Below, piece after piece: positions 17,485 through 25,169 of a stretch of 32,000 bases of DNA. Both the position numbers and the translations under genes were made by a program. Below the pieces are notes generated by a model. That model ran no database searches, had not been told where the DNA came from, and saw nothing but the letters and a program-made list of their open reading frames with translations. The stretch covers positions 20,361 through 52,360 of the forward strand of contig JAHKLG010000001.1 of NCBI GenBank assembly GCA_029856625.1, read 5' to 3'. The DNA is from Candidatus Njordarchaeota archaeon (GTDB taxonomy: Archaea > Asgardarchaeota > Njordarchaeia > Njordarchaeales > Njordarchaeaceae). Each line of letters starts with the position of its first letter. Position 1 is the stretch's first letter.

Positions 17485-19674
17485 ATGGTGACTGCATTGG
17501 TTTCTTGGACTGAAAAACTAAAAGATTTTATAAAAGTATTCAGAATTCCATTAGCCGCAGCGATTAATTTTATAGCATTATTACTCATAACTCTCATTGC
17601 TCTCCTGATAAGATTATACCCTCTAATAGCTTATGGACCATCTCTTAGAGCGTATGATACTTTTATTCAGTTTGAAGCTGCAAGGTTTATTGAGGAACAT
17701 GGTCTTAAAGAATTTCTAACTGCCATAGACTATATGGTATGGTACCCCTGGGGTAGACGGTGGAACGTGTTATATATTGGGGTTCCACTAACGGGTGCGC
17801 TTATTCACAAGCTATTAGCACTCTTAGGCTATGAAGTTGATCTCCTATCAGTAGTAGTTGTTATTCCTGCAATCTTTGGCAGTCTTACAGTGATTTGGAT
17901 TTACCTTATTGCAAAAGAACTTAAAAGCTCGCGAGCTGGGCTATTTGCCGCCTTCTTAGCAGCAGTAAGTCCAGGGCTCATACAGAGGACTCTTGTTGGT
18001 TTTTATGATAATGAGGCGATAGGTATATTCCTGATTTTCCTAACATTGTATCTCTTTATAATGGCGTATAAGAGGGAATCTGCTATTCTAGCTGCATTAA
18101 GTGGGATTACGCTAGGTTTGCTTGGATGGACGTGGGGTCTATATAGGTATATAGTCGATTTACTGGCATTATTTATCATAGTTCTATGGATATTAGGCAA
18201 GTTAGATGATAAGGTAGCCCTTACATATACCATTGCAACACCCATTACCCTTGGCCTCATAGCTATTCTTCCAAGGAATTATGGTATACTGCTGAGGGCT
18301 GATGGCTTACTTGCTCTTCTAGCACTTTTCATAATAATCATTAATTATCTGGCTTCTTTCATTGGAGAAGCCTTACCGGGTGGTAAAAGAGAAGCATATA
18401 GGTATATATTAGCTGTAGGGCTTACGGGCATGATAATTTTAACAATATATCTCTACGCCACAGGACAACTGATCACACTAGGTGGGAAGTTCTTAAGCGT
18501 TATTAACCCAGCCCTAAGAAATGCCCTACCAACATTCAGTAGCGTTAGCGAAAACCAGCCAGCTTCTTGGGGCACTATATTCTTCGGAGCCTTTGCAATT
18601 ATTATTTTTGCTCCTATTGCAATTAATTATGCCCTAGAGAAAAGAGATCCCGATTCTATCATGTTACTACTGATAATGTTAACGGGTTTCTACTTTGCCG
18701 CGAGCATTTCCAGATTCATTGTAGTAGCGGCGCCAATATTAGCGATACCAGCGGGAATAGCTATTGATTATATCTTAGATCCATTTACAATAGCGCTAAG
18801 AAAGGAATGGATCTTACACCCCATAAGACCAGTTAGATTACTAACTGGAGAGCTAAGATTACCCAGGAGTGAGGCGGTAGTCGCGTATATGATTATAGGA
18901 ATGGTGCTTCTTCTTTCTCTCTATAACGGAGTAATTGCTATTAAGGGATTCTCATCTTATGATATCAGTAGTGATGAATTAAAGGTCTTTGAATATCTCA
19001 AACTTTATGCAAAACCAACAGACGTAGTATTAAGCTGGTGGGATTATGGTTATAGGCTCAGGGCATATGCTAATGTAACAACACTAGCTGATAATGGCAC
19101 AAATAACTCTACCCAGATGGGGATTGTGGGAGCAATGCTGATACTGCCGGATAATGAGTCGATAAAGTTATTGAGAGCGTATAACGTTAAATGGATCGTA
19201 GTTTATACGGTTGATCTATTCAAAGCAATTTGGATGATAAGAATTGCAGAAAAATATGCGCCACAATATAATATAACTGAGGAGAAATACTTTGATAAAG
19301 AAAAAAGTGTTTATAAGAGACCGTTTTTTGATAGTTTACTATGGAAGCTCCTTGCTTATGGAGAAGAACCATCAACGGTCTCTAACTGGCTTAGAGTAAT
19401 AGCAGAAGAGTCCCTTAGACAGAATCCTTCTGGGCTTATTCCAAGCCAACTAGTGTACTTTAAGCAGATTATTGCTGGAGATCAAGTAAAGTTATACAAA
19501 GTAATTTACAGAGATGAAGTTATTCCGCCGCAACCTGTGAAAGGAGGGAATGAGACTATCGAAGAAAGAGCCCAAATAGAGGCCTCCATTAGTTATAAAT
19601 CGGTATTTCTAACAAGCTCAGAGGATATTCTCCAATTAATGCTAAGGGAAGAATTTCTTATGGTTAAAGAATAG
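17485..19674 (+). CDS. aglB: Archaeal oligosaccharyltransferase AglB (STT3 homologue)
   Basis: 729 aa with a multi-TM N-terminal half. The catalytic 'WWDYGYRL' (WWDYG) motif is followed by a soluble C-terminal domain. Acidic loop motifs 'RAYDTF' and 'FYDNEAIG' are present. Confidence 0.9.
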   Translation: MVTALVSWTEKLKDFIKVFRIPLAAAINFIALLLITLIALLIRLYPLIAYGPSLRAYDTFIQFEAARFIEEHGLKEFLTAIDYMVWYPWGRRWNVLYIGVPLTGALIHKLLALLGYEVDLLSVVVVIPAIFGSLTVIWIYLIAKELKSSRAGLFAAFLAAVSPGLIQRTLVGFYDNEAIGIFLIFLTLYLFIMAYKRESAILAALSGITLGLLGWTWGLYRYIVDLLALFIIVLWILGKLDDKVALTYTIATPITLGLIAILPRNYGILLRADGLLALLALFIIIINYLASFIGEALPGGKREAYRYILAVGLTGMIILTIYLYATGQLITLGGKFLSVINPALRNALPTFSSVSENQPASWGTIFFGAFAIIIFAPIAINYALEKRDPDSIMLLLIMLTGFYFAASISRFIVVAAPILAIPAGIAIDYILDPFTIALRKEWILHPIRPVRLLTGELRLPRSEAVVAYMIIGMVLLLSLYNGVIAIKGFSSYDISSDELKVFEYLKLYAKPTDVVLSWWDYGYRLRAYANVTTLADNGTNNSTQMGIVGAMLILPDNESIKLLRAYNVKWIVVYTVDLFKAIWMIRIAEKYAPQYNITEEKYFDKEKSVYKRPFFDSLLWKLLAYGEEPSTVSNWLRVIAEESLRQNPSGLIPSQLVYFKQIIAGDQVKLYKVIYRDEVIPPQPVKGGNETIEERAQIEASISYKSVFLTSSEDILQLMLREEFLMVKE

Positions 19675-19704
19675 TCTATAACACCCCATATTTTCTTCCA
19701 AAGT

Positions 19705-20622
19705 TTATTTCTTTAATAACTTGTCAAGATATAATTTCAACTGATGAGCTTTACAAATCCTTCCAACAGCGGGGAATCCGCATATCTGGCATTTATTTAT
19801 TTTTACATCTTTACGAAATAATTGCTCTTTCATAGCAATTCTCTCGCTAAACCGTAAGACATTATGCAACGTTCCAGGATGTTCTCTTTCTACTTCACTT
19901 AACCATATACGGATATTCCACCGCATTGCCTCGGTTGCATAAGGGCAAGGGACATCGTTATATTCTATACCGGTAAGATGAGCATAAAGTGTAATTTCTC
20001 TTTCTGGTATTTCCCTAAACGGTTTCACTCTGGGCACTACATTTTCTGCAAGTTTTCTCGGTCTGGGATCCATTTTAAGGAGGTTTTGGAAATTCCCTCT
20101 CAAGATATTTAAAATGACAGTTTGCGCTTCATCATCTAAACAATGCGCTGTAGCTAATCTATCAGCCCCAGCTTTAAGCGCGAGATAGTTGAGTCCCCAT
20201 CGCCGCCATACGCCACAGAAGGTGCATGTAGCATAAATCCTTTCCTTGCGTTGAATGCTAGCGACTTCATCTATGGAATAACCGAATAACTCCTTATAAC
20301 TCGCCTCTAGTAAAGGTAGTCCAAGTTCTTTTGATGCTCTGCGCACAATATCTCTTGAGACATCCGAATATCCCCTAATATTCTCGTCTAGATGTATTAT
20401 TATTAGCTCTGAAGGAAACTTTTGTTCAATTTCATATAGAACATGTAATAACGTCATGCTATCCTTTCCGCCAGAAACAGCTATTGCTATCTTACTATCT
20501 CTTTCGAACATTTTCCATTTCTGAATAGTTTTAAGCACTCTTCTCTTGAAATATTTGATAAACTCTTCACGGCAAAAATATCTACCAGCATCCGCCTTAT
20601 AATATACTGGCTGACAACCCAT
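19705..20622 (-). CDS. PP-loop tRNA 2-thiolation ATPase, TtuA/Ncs6 family
   Basis: PP-loop 'SGGKDS', Fe-S/active-site cysteines 'CTFCGVWRR', 'HCLDDEAQTVILNILRG' and a C-terminal Zn finger 'CQICGFP...CKAH'. The start is placed at 'MGCQP' (20622); the longer ORF to 20703 would overlap tfs. Confidence 0.85.
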   Translation of the reverse strand: MGCQPVYYKADAGRYFCREEFIKYFKRRVLKTIQKWKMFERDSKIAIAVSGGKDSMTLLHVLYEIEQKFPSELIIIHLDENIRGYSDVSRDIVRRASKELGLPLLEASYKELFGYSIDEVASIQRKERIYATCTFCGVWRRWGLNYLALKAGADRLATAHCLDDEAQTVILNILRGNFQNLLKMDPRPRKLAENVVPRVKPFREIPEREITLYAHLTGIEYNDVPCPYATEAMRWNIRIWLSEVEREHPGTLHNVLRFSERIAMKEQLFRKDVKINKCQICGFPAVGRICKAHQLKLYLDKLLKK

Positions 20623-20663
20623 ATTAAACAGCCTAATGATTAAACAACGCAATTGATGAAAGT

Positions 20664-21008
20664 CTAGGAATATTCTCTCCAAGTGTACCCACATTTTGTG
20701 CATTTGTATATTCGTGTAGGTGGTTCATCAGCAGCTCTAGTTTGAACTATTTCAACATATGCTCCGAGATTTCCGCACTTAGGACATTGAACCTTCACAA
20801 TTGTTCCTCGCCTCTTTATTTTTGCTTCATCGATAACCACCATCATGCTAACTGGCTTGTCTAGCACAATTGCTGATCTCTCTTGGGAAACTTTACTATT
20901 GGTTACTTCTTTTGTCCAGTGACATACTGGGCATTCATAAATCACAACATCTCCTCTTGTCTCCTTTACTTTCATAAATGAACCACAACGTTTACAGTAT
21001 TCTGGCAT
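20664..21008 (-). CDS. tfs: Transcription factor S (TFS, RNAP cleavage factor)
   Basis: N-terminal Zn ribbon 'CKRCGS...CPVCHW'. C-terminal Zn ribbon 'CPKCG...QTRAADEPPTRIYKCTKCG' with the catalytic acidic DE hairpin. Confidence 0.85.
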   Translation of the reverse strand: MPEYCKRCGSFMKVKETRGDVVIYECPVCHWTKEVTNSKVSQERSAIVLDKPVSMMVVIDEAKIKRRGTIVKVQCPKCGNLGAYVEIVQTRAADEPPTRIYKCTKCGYTWREYS

Positions 21009-21025
21009 TGCTGATTCACCGCTCT

Positions 21026-22225
21026 TTAGTGGTTACCAGAATTAAGAGGATAGGGAGCAAATGGAAAACACGACTTGAAGATAATAGCAAGATAGTCTCT
21101 AATATTCTTTAAATTTTTTTCTCGAGCTTTTCTTACAAGAGTTAACCTTAATTGCTCGCGAAGCTCATTCCAAACTCTGAGATATTTTTTCATGGAATTT
21201 TTCTCAGGGTATGAATTACCTTTTATTTTTTCCATAGAATGCGGAATAAAAATACCTTTTGCGGGCCAGAGTAGCTTGAAGGAAATCCAATAAAGGTGAG
21301 AGATTTCAGCAGTATTTAATGATTCTGATTCATTGATTATACTACTAGGATCCCACGCTATAACAAAGATGGTATTATTCATTCTTGATAGGAGTTTTCG
21401 GCATCCTAATAGATGATACGTCATTAGGAAATAAAACGGATTATAACTCTCAGAAAGTTCAATCCAATGGCTAATTTCTTTCAAATGATCGTTAAGATGA
21501 GTTTCTCTTAGATTTTCTGAGTCGATAATATGCTGAATTCGTGAGGATATAGTGTCTGGGACTAAAAAGTGATATGTAAGAAAATCACTCTCCTCCGCAA
21601 TTTTATTAAGTAGTTTGATAATGAGGAGATCGGTCGAGACTCCATTTAGAATTATTTCCACATCAATTTTCTTTTTCACGATCCTCCAAATCTTACTAAG
21701 GGTTCCTTTGAGAACATCGAGTAAGTTTTCATTTTTCAAGGATCTTGGGGTGAAGCTTATACTAACATTATCAATAAGAGCTTTTTTCCCAAGGGGAAAG
21801 GGCTGAGGAGAAAACCCCATACGCCAAATCCACTCTTTTCGCGTAGAAAATACAAAACCATCAGGTAATCTCGAGAAATATAATGGGTGAGTATCTGCGG
21901 GATCGCGCCATATAGCTATTGTACTTTTTTTAATTTCACCAGCTACGTATGGAATAATTGTTTCCCTGATTCTAGGAACTTTTAACTTTGTTACAATAAA
22001 ATGCTCGTTCAGTATACTAAAACCACTATTGTAATCTCCTATAGCAATAGTTTCTACGTCGCTACGCTTTCTTTTGAGTCCTCTAAGCCCCGATAGAACA
22101 ATGATATCTGATGGAATTCTGAATGCTCGCAAATAATTCCAAGGGTCTTCCGCGATCATTGCTATAAAAAATTGTTTCTCTAAATAACTACTGAAGTATA
22201 TATCATTTTTCATCATAGGAATCAT
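21026..22225 (-). CDS. Asparagine-synthetase (AsnB)-like protein with degenerate catalytic motifs
   Basis: 'IAIWRDPADTHPLYFSRLPDGFVFSTRKEWI' parallels the AsnB Ntn-domain block (RDxxGxxPLYY....g.f.faSE.ka). 'EIILNGVSTDLLIIKLL' occupies the position of the PP-loop 'LSGGLDSS', and 'TIFVIAWDPSS' that of 'VVLSGEGADE'. There is no N-terminal Cys nucleophile. The start is uncertain (in-frame ATGs at 22255, 22225, 22216, 22213), and every option overlaps the top6B stop (22203-22205). Confidence 0.5.
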   Translation of the reverse strand: MIPMMKNDIYFSSYLEKQFFIAMIAEDPWNYLRAFRIPSDIIVLSGLRGLKRKRSDVETIAIGDYNSGFSILNEHFIVTKLKVPRIRETIIPYVAGEIKKSTIAIWRDPADTHPLYFSRLPDGFVFSTRKEWIWRMGFSPQPFPLGKKALIDNVSISFTPRSLKNENLLDVLKGTLSKIWRIVKKKIDVEIILNGVSTDLLIIKLLNKIAEESDFLTYHFLVPDTISSRIQHIIDSENLRETHLNDHLKEISHWIELSESYNPFYFLMTYHLLGCRKLLSRMNNTIFVIAWDPSSIINESESLNTAEISHLYWISFKLLWPAKGIFIPHSMEKIKGNSYPEKNSMKKYLRVWNELREQLRLTLVRKAREKNLKNIRDYLAIIFKSCFPFAPYPLNSGNH

Positions 22226-23933
22226 CTTCAACTTCCTTATAGGCTGTCGATTCAACGCTTCTTTCGATACTTAATTCAATAAGATCGGCTAAGGAAGCAA
22301 ATAAGTACTCTTCAGAGTTAACTACGGTATCCCGGAATTTATCATCAGTCTTTAGAATTAGAGAGAGACTTCTAACGATATTCTTAGCATAATGCATGAA
22401 GGTTCTCTTGCGTTTTAGCTGTATCTCTCTCCGTCTCTTCTTATTTAAATATTCTCGCAATCTTCTAAGGCATTCTAAGATGCCAAGTTTTATTTCCCGA
22501 CGTAGCACGTCTACATCATCAATAAAGTCCTTAGAAGTTTCCGAAAATGGTATCTTAGTACTCACCACTGAGACAAAAATGGCTATAGGATCTTCGTCTT
22601 TCTTAACATCATACCTGCTCCAATCGATACTTTCAATCACTTTCCAAGAAACATCACTTTTTTCTTTATATAATAGGGGTACCCGATTAGCAAATCTGTA
22701 CAAATGAATGCCAGAAGTAATATTTCCTCCGTAAGCTAGTCCTATTTCTACGATCATTGGATGACCCATGTATGCAAATGGTTTTCGCTGAGTAACGTAT
22801 ACAAACTCGGGTCTTAGCACTTTTCGAATACCCTCTTCTAGTAATTTAGTACCTAAAGGAGAAAGGCAAGATGGATCTGGCGGCTTAAACCTGAATTTAC
22901 GGGCAACCTCTACTATTGCGGCGATTATCTTCTCACTTCTTAGGATTTCTTCTAGAGGCGTCTTAGGATCTATACCCACAACATGTAGAAATTGTTTAGC
23001 GGTCTTTAGGCCTATTCTCTGAAATTCCTTTACGAGGAATTCTTCTATAGTTCTCGCTTTACTACCTTTTAATAACATGGTTAATGTTTGTGCATCTATT
23101 CCCTGGAGGTGATATTTAGAAGGCCTAGGTGGAGGAGGCATTTCGTCAGTTACTCTTTCGTACGCATGAATATTCCCATCGGGGTCTTCAAAAATAAAAG
23201 TAGCATAAGGAGTTATTATCGCCATTTGCTTAAAATATTCGAAGATATATCTTTTTGAACGCTTCCAATCTCCTAAAATAAACACTTTGATGATTGTACC
23301 ATGTTTGAGAGGTCTATTCCAAGGGTCTCTAAATTTGTTCTTTGGTATTCTCTCTTTAAGCTTCACTATGGGTTCATTTCTTATTAGATCTATTTTTAAC
23401 TTATAATGTGAAACAAATTTGTCCTGTTTCCGGGTACTCCAGATTTCCACGGGAGCGTTAGTTTCCATGAGAGAGTAAATAATAACCATTTTTCCTCCGA
23501 GGCCAAACCTGCCCCTTTGCTGTATTAAAGCATATTTTGTTGACGTTAATACCCGTCCCATCAAGAATGGGATTTCCCCATACGACATTCCAGAACCATT
23601 ATCCGCTACTATTAATTCATAAATTTCAGCAGAAGAGCTCTCTTCTTCCGTTTCTAGGACTTTCCCTTTCCTCTCCTGAAGTGCTTTCAATTTTTCCTTT
23701 ATTTCCTCAGAAATTCCTATTAATTCTTTAATTTCGCTAGCAGAAGGTTTTCTGAGTCTTACCCTTATTTCTGGTAACACATTAACGCTTTCGGCAGCGT
23801 CTAGGGAGTTCTCGACAAGTTCTCTTATGGATGTAAATAATGCCTTCGCGGGGTTGCCGAATCCAGCTATGCTTCTATTGTCAGCAAAGAACTTAGCTGG
23901 TGATACAGACAATGCTTGTTGCCCATAAGTCAT
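22203..23933 (-). CDS. top6B: DNA topoisomerase VI subunit B
   Basis: Bergerat-fold boxes 'IRELVENSLDA', 'ADNGSGM' and 'GRFGLGGK', followed by H2TH and transducer-length sequence. Length is 576 aa. Confidence 0.9.
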   Translation of the reverse strand: MTYGQQALSVSPAKFFADNRSIAGFGNPAKALFTSIRELVENSLDAAESVNVLPEIRVRLRKPSASEIKELIGISEEIKEKLKALQERKGKVLETEEESSSAEIYELIVADNGSGMSYGEIPFLMGRVLTSTKYALIQQRGRFGLGGKMVIIYSLMETNAPVEIWSTRKQDKFVSHYKLKIDLIRNEPIVKLKERIPKNKFRDPWNRPLKHGTIIKVFILGDWKRSKRYIFEYFKQMAIITPYATFIFEDPDGNIHAYERVTDEMPPPPRPSKYHLQGIDAQTLTMLLKGSKARTIEEFLVKEFQRIGLKTAKQFLHVVGIDPKTPLEEILRSEKIIAAIVEVARKFRFKPPDPSCLSPLGTKLLEEGIRKVLRPEFVYVTQRKPFAYMGHPMIVEIGLAYGGNITSGIHLYRFANRVPLLYKEKSDVSWKVIESIDWSRYDVKKDEDPIAIFVSVVSTKIPFSETSKDFIDDVDVLRREIKLGILECLRRLREYLNKKRRREIQLKRKRTFMHYAKNIVRSLSLILKTDDKFRDTVVNSEEYLFASLADLIELSIERSVESTAYKEVEDDSYDEK

Positions 23934-24205
23934 CCATTACCCTCCCAAAGATTGTGACAGGGGATCTCGGGGAGTTTTTTCTTAACAATATGGATATAAA
24001 TATAGAACCTAGAGCGCTCATAGCATTTTTTAATCTTGAGTTTGATAATAACGGTCTATACTCTCAAATTTGCTGAAGTATCCGTACTTTACCTTTCGTA
24101 CCCAAATTTCTAATCACATTGTATATGAGGGGATTGAATGTGCGCAAATAATGATACAGTAAGGTTCAAATCGAAAAATTCTTTAGCATATTATACGCAT
24201 CTAAA

Positions 24206-24214
24206 ATATTTAAA
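24206..24214 (+). promoter_or_regulatory. Candidate TATA box for the MglA-like GTPase gene (leaderless-type spacing)
   Basis: ATATTTAAA is centred about 26 nt upstream of GTG 24236. No SD motif lies in between. Confidence 0.35.
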
Positions 24215-24235
24215 GAGTCATATTTTTGGAATAGC

Positions 24236-24907
24236 GTGGTGCCTTTAGTGGTATATATTGCTAGGGATGGGAGCTATAGATTCAAGATCATTCTCTATGG
24301 CCCCTCTCTTTCCGGGAAAACTACAATGTTAAGGAAGTTTAAAGAAACGAACTCTGATAATCTTGGAAAAATTCTCTCAATCGAACAAAGTGATGGTAGG
24401 ACGATATTCTTTGATTATACGACATTGCGTGTTCATAGAAATGTTTTCTGTGACATTTATACAGCTCCTGGACAGAAAAGGCATCGTAAGCAAAGATTGA
24501 TTCTTCTCAAAAGTGTGGATGGGGTGATATTTGTAGCCGATAGTGATCCACGAGCTGTAAGAGAGAACTTGGAGAGCATTAGGGAGCTAAGAATGTTCTT
24601 TGGATCAAGATTTAAAACGCTCCCCCTTGTAATTGCACTGAATAAGAGAGATCTACCAGATGCCTTACCTATGACTGTTTTGCTGAGAATTCTAGAACTA
24701 AATAGACCATTTGTAGCCTACCCAACAATAGCTATTAGGGGTCTTGGAATCGATATTGTATTCCGAAACGCCATTAGGTTAACAGTTCTTTCTAAGTTAG
24801 CTCCATCTATTTATCGAATGGAATTACTAGAGCTTAGTAGAAGGGAACCCTATTATGGGGTTATAAAAGAAAGTATTCGTGAAGATGCGATCTATGCGTT
24901 AGGCTAA
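24236..24907 (+). CDS. MglA-family small Ras-like GTPase
   Basis: G1 'LYGPSLSGKTT', switch-I 'RTIFFDY', the MglA-specific G3 'IYTAPGQ' (Thr in place of the Ras Asp), 'LILLKSVDGVIFVADSD' and G4 'LNKRD'. This is block-by-block similar to Myxococcus MglA as I remember it. GTG start. Confidence 0.8.
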   Translation: MVPLVVYIARDGSYRFKIILYGPSLSGKTTMLRKFKETNSDNLGKILSIEQSDGRTIFFDYTTLRVHRNVFCDIYTAPGQKRHRKQRLILLKSVDGVIFVADSDPRAVRENLESIRELRMFFGSRFKTLPLVIALNKRDLPDALPMTVLLRILELNRPFVAYPTIAIRGLGIDIVFRNAIRLTVLSKLAPSIYRMELLELSRREPYYGVIKESIREDAIYALG

Positions 24908-25169
24908 TGTGTTCGATTTAAAAACACATAGTAAAAATAATAAAAGGTTCTTAGAATTAGCTGTGTGCGGCTACTATATTTGGGGAAAAATCACATGTGT
25001 TCACAAGTTAATATGTTTTCTTCCCAATCGGGATGCGTAAACTTTTAATATTTAATTATGCCATGTCTCTTTCTCTTTATTGTAGTAGTGGTAAGAGACT
25101 GAGATATTATGATTGTCTTTAATATATTCTTCCTTCTCTCTTGACCTTATTCTTATTGGGGAGATTACC

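Noticed and set aside
21026-22255. Possibility that the gene after top6B is a very divergent Top6A/Spo11. 'FIAMIAEDP...DIIVLSGLRG...AIGDYNSG' loosely recalls the Toprim E...G...DxD pattern.
   Set aside because: The pseudo-Toprim would be N-terminal and no CAP/catalytic-Tyr domain precedes it, which is the wrong domain order for Top6A. The AsnB-like blocks match in the correct order over both halves of the protein.
23934-24235. 300-nt spacer between top6B and the GTPase gene, containing a 28-codon ORF (23990-24076); the 226-nt spacer at 2077-2302 has similar short ORFs and weak inverted repeats
   Set aside because: The ORFs have no SD or recognisable product, and the stems are only 5-7 bp in AT-rich DNA. 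The spacers are treated as divergent or independent promoter regions.
25113-25169. TTG-initiated 19-aa N-terminal extension of rpoA ('MSLIYSSFSLDLILIGEIT')
   Set aside because: RNAP A subunits begin close to the 'IxFGxxSPxEIR' block. ATG 25170 has a GGGGAG SD-like motif upstream, and the extension is hydrophobic and unconserved-looking.
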